Source of the DNA: Candidatus Latescibacterota bacterium
GTDB lineage: Bacteria; Latescibacterota; UBA2968; GCA-2709665
NCBI GenBank assembly: GCA_965203805.1
Contig: OZ241917.1
Coordinates: 4,320,001 to 4,384,000, forward strand
Direction: 5' to 3'
Length of the DNA: 64,000 nt
Below the pieces are notes generated by a model. It made no database searches and had not been told where the DNA came from. It saw nothing but the letters and a program-made list of their open reading frames with translations. Position numbers and translations under genes: made by a program. Below are positions 47,698 to 57,240 of this stretch, piece after piece; position 1 is the first letter of the stretch; each line of letters opens with the position of its first letter.

Positions 47698-50600
47698 CTT
47701 GATCCTCGACCTTCGCGGTGGCCGATACGTATGCGGCTCCGCTGGAAAACCGGGCCAGCCGCTCGGTGATTTTCTCCGCCGCATCTCCGTGCATCGAAAG
47801 TCCCTGTGCGAATGTCAACTGGAATGCCGTTTCAATAGTCTGCGTGCGTGCCGCCCTTAATTGGGGATCCAGAAACTCCTTAACCGGCTGAGCATCCGAT
47901 ACAGAACCACGAAATACCAGTTCGAACGAACCACCTTCGGTGGTTTCATAGCCGCCTGTTAGTTTTACGTTCTTCTCTGCTCCTGATATCCCGCCCACAG
48001 CGCTAATGACGCGGAAGGCGTCGTTTGCCTCAAATAGCTCGATGGACAGATATTCGATGGCCTCGACGTCTTTCGCACGTGCCTTCTCCCACAATTGCAC
48101 AAGTGCTTCCTTGAGAATTCCCTCTGCGTTGAAAGTTTCGGGTTCGCTCCCGGTGAAATAGACCCCTGGCCGACCCGGAATCGGCGAAGGGCGGGGATCG
48201 GTTAAGGCTCCACCGGGCGTGGCCGGTTGTTCGCCTTTAATTTCGTTCGTTGGGCTGCCAGCGGGAGTCCGAGGCCAGATTCCGGCATTTACCGCGTATC
48301 CCATGGTAAAGACTACGGCTTGCTCATCGATCATGATAGTTGCTGCCGGATCGTCGGGGCCGAACAGCAGGTCACCCCGCTGGTACACGTACTCCCCCTG
48401 CGCAATGCCGTGCCGTACCCCACGAATAAAGATGTCGTTGCCAATGAGCATTGGAAGTGCGGGATCGCGACTGAACTCCTCCCGCAATGCGAGCGTGGTG
48501 ATTTGGCCTTTCTTTAGTGGTGTTCGATCCCTCACATAGACGGGCGAATCCGGCTGGTCTTCGGATAAGCGAAGTTTATTGAGATCACGTAGAACTCGTA
48601 CAATCTGCTGTTGGCCCGTTCCGGGCCGTTCCGAAGCGGAATGGATGTCGATCGCGGTGTGGCCCAGATCGGCGCCGCTCGCGCCAATCCTGTTTCGTGA
48701 AGGGTAGAACACGTGGCGATAACATTGTTGGATGGCAATAGCTAGTTCCTGTTCGGATTTGCCTTCCATCTCGCGCACCTGGGCTTGTTGGTGCTCCGCG
48801 AGATCGATCAGCCGCTCCGGCTTTTTCAGTTCCTGCAATGCCAGACGCCGAACGGCCATCCGTCGCATGTCTTCCTTGAGAGTTTCGTCCGCGACCACAA
48901 AGACCAGGTTGTTTCGAAGCGCGCGCAAGGCCGAACCCTCGGATCCCTTGCGGGAGAATATTCGGTCGATCAGTTCGGGCACCTCATCAACAGAGCCACC
49001 TACAGTGAGCCCATCATAGGCCATAACCGCCAATTTCGGCCGGCCGTCGCCAACTTCGTCAGGTACGTCAAACGGTCCCCCGGGAAAGTGCAATGTTTCA
49101 AAGGTCTTGTTGTCGAAAACGTTGCGGATCGTGTCGTCGAGTTCCGCGCGGGCTTCCCCCGCATCCACGTGCTGTTCCTCACGGCGGATGATCTGGCGGA
49201 GATTGGCCTCAGCCAGAAAACGCATTGGCGCGCCCGGGCGGTCGTCCAGATAAGCAGACTCTGCAAGGAACTTCTTGCGTGCCTCTTCGACAAAACTGAT
49301 GTCTAACGTGGGTCCAACGATCGAATAGCGAAGTTGCTCTTGCGAGATGCCCTTTAGTGGGTCGTTAAAGGCAAGTGTATGCATGAATACGGAGCGTGCA
49401 ACATAGACAGTATAGGGCGGCAATCCCGCGTGATCCCTCGCATCAATTTCTTCGGCTAAGGCCTTTTTCTCGACCGGTCCCGCGGCAATATCGTTCGTGA
49501 TGGCCGGATTGTAAGCAGACTGTCCGAGCCGTGTCACGATTTCCTGACGAATCGGCTGGTATCCAGGATTGACATGATGAAGATGGATTGCTGTCGCGTC
49601 CTTGGGCTTTTCCGTCCAAAGATGGGAAATTGTCCGTGCCAACAACCGAAGCATCCCACGAACCCGTTGAAAATTACCCAGTGTCGCCGTTTTGCCAGTC
49701 AGGGTTGACAAGACTTCTGGATGCAGCGGATACGTCGATCTAAATGTCTCGGCCGTTTCGGCACGGTTCGCATCATCATGCAGGTTGTCTCTGTTGACCA
49801 TCCAACAGGCTCTGTAGGCATCGACGATTTCTGGAATTCCCGTTTCATCAATGGACTCAAACAGCCGGCGGCGGAGGACTTGAACTGTTTCGTCTTCCTC
49901 GGTTGGGTTCAATAACGTCGCCTTACGCGCGGAGACGCTCTCCGCTTCCGCCATATTGTCAGCGATAAATTGGTTCTCTTCGTTGTATGCGTCGGTTGCC
50001 CGACCGTCTTTTCCAATCGCAAGCGTATAGACCAGGACTGCATTGGGAACGCTTTCGACCGCCTTGAACAACGAAGTCAGGAACGCGGTCAACTGAAAAC
50101 GAGCATCTTCAATGTTGCGTACCTTGCGTAAGTAAACGGACAACTCATCGAGAAGTATCAGCACGGGTTCGTGACCGAACAATTCACGGAGTGTCCCGGC
50201 GCCAGGCGCAACCCGACTCTCGTCGCTCTTGCGTACACGTTCGTATCCATCCTCGCCGGCAAGCGCATAGGCGATCTCTCCCCATGGAGTGTAGGCGAAT
50301 AGCCCTTCACTCACTCTGCGCCCATTAGCAGGATCGGCGTTCTCACCGTCGAAGGCCGCGATGCGCACTCGGGTCTGCGGCAAGATAGATGGATCGACAA
50401 ACTCGGCAATATTTGAAACTCCCTCCATTCCCCGCGCGGCGTGACATAACGCGATCAGTCCATGTGTCTTGCCGCCCCCGTAGGAGGTGTCCAGCCGAAA
50501 AATCGAAGCGACTTCACCACCTGTGCCGGACAAACGCTGGCAGACGTTTTCCAACAGGTTCTTCAGGCCCCGTGTGGGATAGGTGTTTGCAAAGAATCGC

Positions 50601-50734
50601 GCCGGGTCGAGGTATTCGGCATTCCCCTCTCCCGTGATGACCTGTGCCAGATCGGCCGCAAAGTCGGCTTCAGTGATCGTTCCTTCGAGCACATCGATAC
50701 GTGGCTGGCATGTATCGAATATCGTTGGTACCAT
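47666..50734 (-). CDS. DUF499 AAA+ ATPase (BrxC-related)
   Basis: FFANTYPT, TSYGGGKTH Walker A, LILLDEL Walker B, VLRRRLFE, YPLHPE, FQRVRG.LRLL; start ATG 50734 (GGAGG RBS). Confidence 0.92.
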   Translation of the reverse strand: MVPTIFDTCQPRIDVLEGTITEADFAADLAQVITGEGNAEYLDPARFFANTYPTRGLKNLLENVCQRLSGTGGEVASIFRLDTSYGGGKTHGLIALCHAARGMEGVSNIAEFVDPSILPQTRVRIAAFDGENADPANGRRVSEGLFAYTPWGEIAYALAGEDGYERVRKSDESRVAPGAGTLRELFGHEPVLILLDELSVYLRKVRNIEDARFQLTAFLTSLFKAVESVPNAVLVYTLAIGKDGRATDAYNEENQFIADNMAEAESVSARKATLLNPTEEDETVQVLRRRLFESIDETGIPEIVDAYRACWMVNRDNLHDDANRAETAETFRSTYPLHPEVLSTLTGKTATLGNFQRVRGMLRLLARTISHLWTEKPKDATAIHLHHVNPGYQPIRQEIVTRLGQSAYNPAITNDIAAGPVEKKALAEEIDARDHAGLPPYTVYVARSVFMHTLAFNDPLKGISQEQLRYSIVGPTLDISFVEEARKKFLAESAYLDDRPGAPMRFLAEANLRQIIRREEQHVDAGEARAELDDTIRNVFDNKTFETLHFPGGPFDVPDEVGDGRPKLAVMAYDGLTVGGSVDEVPELIDRIFSRKGSEGSALRALRNNLVFVVADETLKEDMRRMAVRRLALQELKKPERLIDLAEHQQAQVREMEGKSEQELAIAIQQCYRHVFYPSRNRIGASGADLGHTAIDIHSASERPGTGQQQIVRVLRDLNKLRLSEDQPDSPVYVRDRTPLKKGQITTLALREEFSRDPALPMLIGNDIFIRGVRHGIAQGEYVYQRGDLLFGPDDPAATIMIDEQAVVFTMGYAVNAGIWPRTPAGSPTNEIKGEQPATPGGALTDPRPSPIPGRPGVYFTGSEPETFNAEGILKEALVQLWEKARAKDVEAIEYLSIELFEANDAFRVISAVGGISGAEKNVKLTGGYETTEGGSFELVFRGSVSDAQPVKEFLDPQLRAARTQTIETAFQLTFAQGLSMHGDAAEKITERLARFSSGAAYVSATAKVEDQDGARGENYPD

Positions 50735-51165
50735 TATTTCGTATCCCTCCCACCACGGAGTGGGGTGCTTCCTTTTACCGGTTCTGATTTCCAATCAAAT
50801 CCGCTGTACGCCGGTGCGAGCATCATTCGCAGAAATCGGTCTCGCGTAAGCATAACAGCTGTTCAGTGTTTTGGAAACTGATTCACTTGAGCAGGAATCG
50901 TGAATTCCTCTCTCTCCTGTGCCATCATCTGGGAATTTGAACAAGCCGAATAAAAACCGTCCCAAGGGCTATCAGAAAGTTACGGTAATTTGTAGCACCA
51001 TGCGCAGGAAATCCTTATTTTATAGATGATCTCGATATAGGTACCAAATTGAATGCGTTATTATAAGTGATCCGTTTTCAACTTGCAAGTTAACTGCATG
51101 TCCGCCGCACGTCGCGACAAACGACGCCACTTCGCGAGTCCACATCCTGAAGTAAAGAAAAAACA

Positions 51166-52092
51166 ATGAACGAACTCCAGGTGGATCTGTTTGATCCAAA
51201 AGAAACGGATGCGATTGGAGTTTCTCCGATTCCCGCAGTGAACGTCGCCTCGGTACCGCAACGAAGCCCTCTTCGATATCCCGGCGGAAAAACCTGGCTG
51301 ATTCCGCATATTCGGGTATGGCTTCGGGGGATCAAGCCGACGCCGCGGGTACTCATCGAACCGTTCGCTGGTGGCGGGACTGTTTCGCTAACCGCTGTAA
51401 TGGAAGGGCTTGTGGACCGGTGCCTCATGGCGGAACTCGACCCGGATGTGGCTGCTTTCTGGCACGCAGCGTTGAAATACGGTCCCGAGCTTTGCGCGAA
51501 CGTAATGCGTTTCAACCCGACACGGGAAGCTGTAAACGCGGTTGCGAGTAGACGCCCTCAAAACCTGCTGGAACATGGTTTTCGTACTCTCGTGTTGAAC
51601 CGAACGCGCCGGGGCGGCATACTCGCACCCGGTGCGTCACTCAGCCGCGCGGGAGAAAACGGCAAGGGAGTTGCGTCCCGCTGGTATCCGGAGACAATCG
51701 TTAATCGCTTGTGGGCAATTGCGGACCACACCGACTTAATCGAATTTCGGGAAACGGACGGTATGCGCTTACTCGAAGCGTTCGTTGCGAATCGCGGGTG
51801 TGGTTCGGTGGCGAATGCCGACTCTGTGGTTTTTGTAGACCCGCCGTACACTGCCGGAGGCAAGCGCGCGGGAAAACGGCTCTACGCCCACAACGAGGTT
51901 GATCATCCGAGACTGTTCGAATTGCTTGCTGATTGTGGTGCGGAATTCCTGATGACCTACGACAGAGCGCCGGAAATCCTATCCTTGACCGAAAAACACG
52001 GATTCCACGCCGTTCAGGTAACGATGAAAAACACGCATCACGCCAGAATTCCGGAACTGGTCATTACACCCAAACCGGTGTTTGTCCATTGA
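51166..52092 (+). CDS. Dam/D12-class DNA adenine methyltransferase
   Basis: SPLRYPGGKTW, IEPFAGGG, FVDPPY, MTYD, ELVI. Confidence 0.93.
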   Translation: MNELQVDLFDPKETDAIGVSPIPAVNVASVPQRSPLRYPGGKTWLIPHIRVWLRGIKPTPRVLIEPFAGGGTVSLTAVMEGLVDRCLMAELDPDVAAFWHAALKYGPELCANVMRFNPTREAVNAVASRRPQNLLEHGFRTLVLNRTRRGGILAPGASLSRAGENGKGVASRWYPETIVNRLWAIADHTDLIEFRETDGMRLLEAFVANRGCGSVANADSVVFVDPPYTAGGKRAGKRLYAHNEVDHPRLFELLADCGAEFLMTYDRAPEILSLTEKHGFHAVQVTMKNTHHARIPELVITPKPVFVH

Positions 52093-52193
52093 CACCGCGG
52101 TATAGCATCGAGGAGTGGTATGGGCAACAGTTCCTTGATATCCATGAAATAGCCCGGTTCTTCAGGCTGCCGAACTTGCCAACCCGCCTGTGA
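52089..52193 (+). pseudogene. Probable truncated 5' stub of the methylase's partner gene (possibly a NotI-like endonuclease)
   Basis: TTG start overlaps the methylase TGA; reads MTPRYSIEEWYGQQFLDI... and ends within 34 codons at the island/backbone junction; family assignment from memory only. Confidence 0.4.
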
Positions 52194-52247
52194 ATCTCCC
52201 GCCACGGACGTTTGTCCATTGCCGTCTAAATACCTGTTTCTCCCCCC

Positions 52248-53024
52248 ATGAAAATCCTCATCACCGGCGCTACGGGCGTCATTGGCAGCAGGCTGGTACC
52301 CGCGCTCGAGGGCGAACACGAACTGCGGCTGTTGAGCCGGCGTGCGTTTCCGGGCGATTCCCGCTGGCGTCAGGCGGACGTGACGGATGTCGACCAGGTC
52401 TGCGACGCCGCGGAAGGGATGGACATGGCCATCCACCTGGCCATCGCCACCGGACGGGAGGGCGACTACGAAGACGATGCCTTCAACAGCCAGCGGATGG
52501 ACATCAACGTCAAGGGCACGTATAACCTGTTCGAAGCCGCGAGGCGTCACCGGCTCAAGCGAGTGGTCTATACCAGCAGCCTGACGGTTGTCTGGGGCTA
52601 TCCCCCGCCGGAATGGGTGGCGGGCGACGCGCCGGCGAAACCCGTAGGAACCTACGCCCTGACCAAGTATATGGGTGAAAGAATCGCCGAATACTACGCC
52701 GACCTGCACGGACTCTCAGCACTGTGCATGCGCATCCCAAAGCCCTTCGATATCGACGACCCGAATTCGAGGAACGCATCCGTTCTGCCCCAGTGGCTCG
52801 CCTTTCCCGACCTGATTCAGGCCTACAAACTCGCCATCGATGCGCCCGACGTCGGCTATGAGATCATCACCCTTGTGGGCGAAAGTAGCCGGCGCCGCTG
52901 GGACCTGTCCAGGGCGGAGAAGATCATCGGATACCGACCTCGATACCGGCTGGAAGACATGGGCTACACCCTCCGGGAAGAACCCGACACCTACAACCGC
53001 CCCAATATCGTCACCCCTCCCTGA
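52248..53024 (+). CDS. NAD-dependent epimerase/dehydratase (uronate-dehydrogenase-like SDR)
   Basis: ILITGATGVIG, INVKGT, YTSS, YALTK. Confidence 0.92.
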   Translation: MKILITGATGVIGSRLVPALEGEHELRLLSRRAFPGDSRWRQADVTDVDQVCDAAEGMDMAIHLAIATGREGDYEDDAFNSQRMDINVKGTYNLFEAARRHRLKRVVYTSSLTVVWGYPPPEWVAGDAPAKPVGTYALTKYMGERIAEYYADLHGLSALCMRIPKPFDIDDPNSRNASVLPQWLAFPDLIQAYKLAIDAPDVGYEIITLVGESSRRRWDLSRAEKIIGYRPRYRLEDMGYTLREEPDTYNRPNIVTPP

Positions 53025-53179
53025 ACGCCTTCCCGCAGCCCCCGGCTCCGTTACAACTTGCCGTCCGTGCGTTTTTCTTCGTAATTTACGGGCCGCCGCC
53101 GCCTATTCGCGCCAGGCAGTCGCGCAATTCAGCGCGCGATCACGTTACGCTGATGCGCCTCGATATCTGGGAGTCTAAC

Positions 53180-53956
53180 ATGGAATCATTACCCCTGCTT
53201 TCCGGCGACACGATGCCCGTGGTGGGCCTCGGGACCTATCCACTGAAGGGCGAACAGTGCAAGCGGGTGGTCAAACAGGCCCTTGACCTCGGCTACACCC
53301 ACTTCGATACGGCCTGGATCTACCGGAACCAGCGGGAGATCGGCGAAGCGCTCCGGGAGGCCGGCGTCGACAGGTCCAGGCTGTTCATCACGACAAAAGT
53401 CGGTCAAGATTTCCTGCAATACGACGTGGCCGTCAGACAGGCGGATGAGAATCTGCAGCTTCTCCAGATGGACTACGTGGATCTGCTGCTGGTGCACTGG
53501 CCGCCGGATGACGTGCCGATGGAGGAAACGATCGGCGCCTTCAACACGGTCTTCGACGCGGGCAAGGCCAGAAGCATCGGCGTCAGCAACTTCTCGGTCG
53601 AGCAGATGGAAGAGGCCTGTTCCGTTTCGAACGCGCCGATCAGCGTCAACCAGATCAAATACCATCCGGGCTATGAACTGCGCGACGTGCTGCACTGGTG
53701 CCTCGAACACGACGTTGTCGTGACCGCCTACTCTCCGCTGGGCAAAAAGAACATCCTTCAGGACCCCGTACTGACGAATATCGCCCGCAGCCACAACCGG
53801 ACGTCCGCGCACGTCGCGCTCAGGTGGCTGCTCCAGAAGGGCATGAACGTCATCCCGAAAGCCAGTTCGGAACTGCATCTGCGGGCCAATCTCGACGTCT
53901 TCGACTGGTCCCTGTCGGAAGACGAGATGGCTGCAATCGACGGAATGGCCGATTAG
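53180..53956 (+). CDS. Aldo/keto reductase
   Basis: VGLGT, FDTAWIY, ITTK, DLLLVHWP, IGVSNF, AYSPLG, IPKAS; start ATG 53180. Confidence 0.95.
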   Translation: MESLPLLSGDTMPVVGLGTYPLKGEQCKRVVKQALDLGYTHFDTAWIYRNQREIGEALREAGVDRSRLFITTKVGQDFLQYDVAVRQADENLQLLQMDYVDLLLVHWPPDDVPMEETIGAFNTVFDAGKARSIGVSNFSVEQMEEACSVSNAPISVNQIKYHPGYELRDVLHWCLEHDVVVTAYSPLGKKNILQDPVLTNIARSHNRTSAHVALRWLLQKGMNVIPKASSELHLRANLDVFDWSLSEDEMAAIDGMAD

Positions 53957-53983
53957 CTCTCTTATTGTTATTCCAGCGAAAAA

Positions 53984-54011
53984 TCACATGGAAGGACAGG
54001 AAAGACAGGAT
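53984..54011 (+). repeat. Solo inverted copy of the 28-bp motif found in the 24.5-kb tandem repeat
   Basis: TCACATGGAAGGACAGGAAAGACAGGAT; its reverse complement matches 24493-24520 at 23/28 positions. Confidence 0.65.
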
Positions 54012-54016
54012 CCGCG

Positions 54017-55156
54017 ATGAGCTATGACGCCATTGTCATCGGCGGGGGCATTGTCGGGATGTCCGCCGCGTACCATCTCGTCCACGCCGGGGCGAAGACC
54101 CTGCTCGTCGACCGGAAGGATCAGGGTCGCGCCACGGACGCGGGCGCCGGCATTCTGTCTCCCGCCACCAATACGCGGGACCCGGACCCGTGGCAGCGCC
54201 TGGCCGCTCATGCGGTGGGATATTATCCCGGACTGATCGAGAATCTGGAGGCCGAACAGGAGGGAGAGACCGGGTTTGCGATCTGCGGCATGATGATCGT
54301 CGCCGTATCGGACGACGAACTGGAGCCTTTCGACGTCGCCCGCCGCCACATCTTCAGCCGCCGGAGCCGGCAGGGCAGGCCATCCGAGGAGGACCTTTAC
54401 GAAATATCGTCCGACGAAGCCCGCAGCCGGTTTCCCGCCCTGGCCGACGTGCGGGGTGCCATCTACTACCGCGAGGCAGCGCGCGTCGACGGCCGCCTCC
54501 TGACGGCCGCCCTGCGCCGCGCAGCGGAAGCCGGCGGCCTCACCGTCCGGGAGACGGGCGTCGACGCGTTGCGGATGGACAACGATACGGTCACGGGCGT
54601 CGTCACGGATGCGGGGGCCGTATCGGCGGCCGGTGTGGTCATCGCGGGCGGCGCTTGGTCGCATGCGTTCGGGCTTCAACTGGGGGTGCAGATCCCGGTG
54701 GAACCGCAGCGCGGCCAGATCATTCATCTGGGGCTCCCGGACACCGCCGATACGTCCACATGGCCCATCATCAGCGCCATTCGCGGCCACTATATGGTGC
54801 CCTGGCCGGACAACCGGGTGGTGGTGGGCGCCACGCGGGAGACCGGCTCCGGATTCGATGCCCTTACGACGGCCGCGGGTGTGCGGGAGGTACTCGGCGA
54901 GGCGCTTCGGGTGGCGCCCGGCCTGGCCGGGGCGGAGATTCGGGAGATCCGGGTCGGTCTTCGCCCGTATACGCAGGATCTGCTGCCCGTGCTCGGCACC
55001 GTTCCCGGCAGGAAAAACGTCTACCTGGCAACCGGCCACGGGCCCACCGGCCTGCAACTGGGGCCGTACAGCGGCAAACTCGTTGCCGACCTGATTCTGA
55101 ACAGAGACCTTTCCGTTGAACTGGATGCCTATCGAATCAATCGATTTCTGTCCTGA
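54017..55156 (+). CDS. FAD-dependent oxidoreductase (DAO/glycine oxidase family)
   Basis: IVIGGGIVG, ATDAGAG, AGGAW, PQRGQ, GLRP, ATGHG. Confidence 0.93.
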   Translation: MSYDAIVIGGGIVGMSAAYHLVHAGAKTLLVDRKDQGRATDAGAGILSPATNTRDPDPWQRLAAHAVGYYPGLIENLEAEQEGETGFAICGMMIVAVSDDELEPFDVARRHIFSRRSRQGRPSEEDLYEISSDEARSRFPALADVRGAIYYREAARVDGRLLTAALRRAAEAGGLTVRETGVDALRMDNDTVTGVVTDAGAVSAAGVVIAGGAWSHAFGLQLGVQIPVEPQRGQIIHLGLPDTADTSTWPIISAIRGHYMVPWPDNRVVVGATRETGSGFDALTTAAGVREVLGEALRVAPGLAGAEIREIRVGLRPYTQDLLPVLGTVPGRKNVYLATGHGPTGLQLGPYSGKLVADLILNRDLSVELDAYRINRFLS

Positions 55157-55206
55157 GCGACCCGACGTCCGGCAAGGTCGCGGGAGAGAATCCATACCTG
55201 AGTCAG

Positions 55207-56226
55207 ATGAACCCGGAAAAAGCGATGACCTCCCGAAACTTCAAATGTCTGGTCGTCCACGATGTGGACGGCAGGTACGTCCGACGCGTCGAGCTCCGTG
55301 CCGTCGATTCGCTGCCCGACGGAGACGTGCTGATCAGGGTCCACTATTCTTCGTTGAATTACAAGGACGCGCTTTCAGCCACCGGCCACCGAGGCGTCAC
55401 CCGGCGCTATCCGCATACGCCAGGCATCGACGCCGCGGGGGTTGTGGAAGCAAGCACGGACGCGCGCTTCAATCCGGGCGATGAAGTCATTGTCACCAGC
55501 TACGACCTGGGAATGAACACGCCCGGCGGATTCGGCCAGTACATCCGCGTACCGGCCGATTGGATTGTGCCCCTTCCAGCAGGTCTCGCCTTGCGCGAAT
55601 CGATGGTCTACGGAACCGCCGGATTCACCGCCGCCATGTCGGTACACAGGCTCGAAGGCCACGGCCTCACCCCGGACACCGGCGAGATTCTGGTTACCGG
55701 CGCGACGGGCGGCGTGGGCAGCGTGGCCGTCGCCATTCTCGCGGGGCTGGGGTACACGGTGGTCGCGGCCACCGGCAAACCCGACAGGAAGCAGTTCCTG
55801 CTCGACATCGGCGCGGCCGAGGTCGTGTCCCGCGGCGAGGTCGACGATGCCGGCGGGCGTCCTCTGCTGGCGGAACGCTGGGCGGGCGTCGTGGATACGG
55901 TGGGCGGCGATATCCTGGCAACCGCCATCAAGGCGACGCGCAGCCGGGGAATTGTGACTTGCTGCGGTCTCGTCGCTTCCGCGGAGCTGAGCGTCAGCGT
56001 CTTCCCATTCATCCTGCGTGGCGTCAGCCTGCGGGGGATCGACTCGGCCGAATGCCCGATGCCGGAAAGAACACGGCTCTGGAAGAAAATCGCGGGTCTT
56101 TGGAAGATCGATGCGACGGACGGCCTGGCCACGGAACGCACGCTTGAAACCCTCGATCCGGAAATTCAACGCATCCTCAAGGGCGAACAGACGGGCAGGG
56201 TCGTCGTCAACCTGACAGAAGAATGA
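55207..56226 (+). CDS. yhdH: YhdH/YhfP (AcuI-like) NADPH oxidoreductase, MDR family
   Basis: YSSLNYKD, PGIDAAG, GTAGFTA, TGATGGVGS, DTVGG, PFILRGVSL.GIDS. Confidence 0.92.
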   Translation: MNPEKAMTSRNFKCLVVHDVDGRYVRRVELRAVDSLPDGDVLIRVHYSSLNYKDALSATGHRGVTRRYPHTPGIDAAGVVEASTDARFNPGDEVIVTSYDLGMNTPGGFGQYIRVPADWIVPLPAGLALRESMVYGTAGFTAAMSVHRLEGHGLTPDTGEILVTGATGGVGSVAVAILAGLGYTVVAATGKPDRKQFLLDIGAAEVVSRGEVDDAGGRPLLAERWAGVVDTVGGDILATAIKATRSRGIVTCCGLVASAELSVSVFPFILRGVSLRGIDSAECPMPERTRLWKKIAGLWKIDATDGLATERTLETLDPEIQRILKGEQTGRVVVNLTEE

Positions 56227-57224
56227 ATCGCGCGAAGATCGGTGTCATCGGCCTGGGTCGGTTCGGCGTCCAGCACGCCCGCGTCCTGGCGCAACTGCCG
56301 CACGTGGAACTCACAGCGGTCTGCTCCCGATCCGCCGACCGCGCGGCGAAGGTCGCAAACGAAACCAACGCGGCCAGAACCTATACGGACTACAATGAAC
56401 TGATACGGGACCCGGACGTCGAAGCGATCGACATCGTTACCGAGGTGGACCGGCACACCGAAATCGCACTCGCCGCGCTCCGACTGCGCAAGCATGTCTT
56501 CAGCGAAATCCTGCTGACCGACAGTCCGGATGAGAATGACCGGCTCATCGATGAGGCGGAAAAAAGCGGCGCCGTGTTCATGGTCGGCTTCCTCGAGCGG
56601 TTCGACGTGCGGCGCGCCAACATCAAACAGAAAATCGACGCGGGCGAACTCGGCGAACTCGTCTCCATCTACGGCCGTCGCAATATCTGGCGCGGCATCC
56701 TGGACGCGCCGCGATTCAAGATCTGGCCTCTCGTGCTGCAGCCAGGGATTCACACCGTCGACCAGTTGCTCTGGATGGCCGGAGAGGACGTCCGCGAAGT
56801 CTATGCCCGATCGCGCAGTATGGCTGAACCGGGCCGTCCGGATACGTGGTGGGCCATGCTTACGTTCGACAGCGGACTCGTCGGCGTCATCGAGCAGAGC
56901 TTCTTCATGCCCGACGGGCGGCTCTACTGGTCCAACGCGGGCCTGGAAGTGGTGGGCACGGACGGGACGGCTCACATTACCGAACCGAACGACGCCTCCT
57001 GGGTCTGGACCCGCGAAGCGACGTCCAGCCCGGACCTGTATCTCTCGCCGGAACTCCATGGGAGAATCGTCGGGGCGCTGGAGCAGGAACTCACCCATTT
57101 CGCGGACTGCGTCATCGGAGGTCGGGATCCGGAACAGGGGACATTGCAGGACGCGCGCAATGCCCTGAGAGTAGGTCTGGCCATTGTGGAATCGGCGCAC
57201 AAAGAACAGGCGGTCCACTTGTAA
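56223..57224 (+). CDS. Gfo/Idh/MocA oxidoreductase
   Basis: IGVIGLGRFG, KHVFSE, GFLERF, GIHTVD. Confidence 0.9.
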   Translation: MNRAKIGVIGLGRFGVQHARVLAQLPHVELTAVCSRSADRAAKVANETNAARTYTDYNELIRDPDVEAIDIVTEVDRHTEIALAALRLRKHVFSEILLTDSPDENDRLIDEAEKSGAVFMVGFLERFDVRRANIKQKIDAGELGELVSIYGRRNIWRGILDAPRFKIWPLVLQPGIHTVDQLLWMAGEDVREVYARSRSMAEPGRPDTWWAMLTFDSGLVGVIEQSFFMPDGRLYWSNAGLEVVGTDGTAHITEPNDASWVWTREATSSPDLYLSPELHGRIVGALEQELTHFADCVIGGRDPEQGTLQDARNALRVGLAIVESAHKEQAVHL

Positions 57225-57240
57225 ATTGTGAGGAGATTAT

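Larger units (their letters stand above)
27950..52200. mobile_element. Defence/genomic island, lower GC than the flanks; boundaries approximate
   Basis: Abrupt visible drop in GC and change in codon style; contents are defence-type genes and an IS; no integrase or tRNA seen. Confidence 0.75.

Noticed and set aside
37411-50734. Classical BREX or DISARM
   Set aside because: No PglZ, BrxA/B/L or DrmA/B-like genes seen; the composition fits the DUF499/DUF1156 restriction-like type.
27900-52250. att-like direct repeats bounding the island
   Set aside because: Only short, patchy similarities (TGAAAT, GCTGCC) were visible by eye; not convincing.
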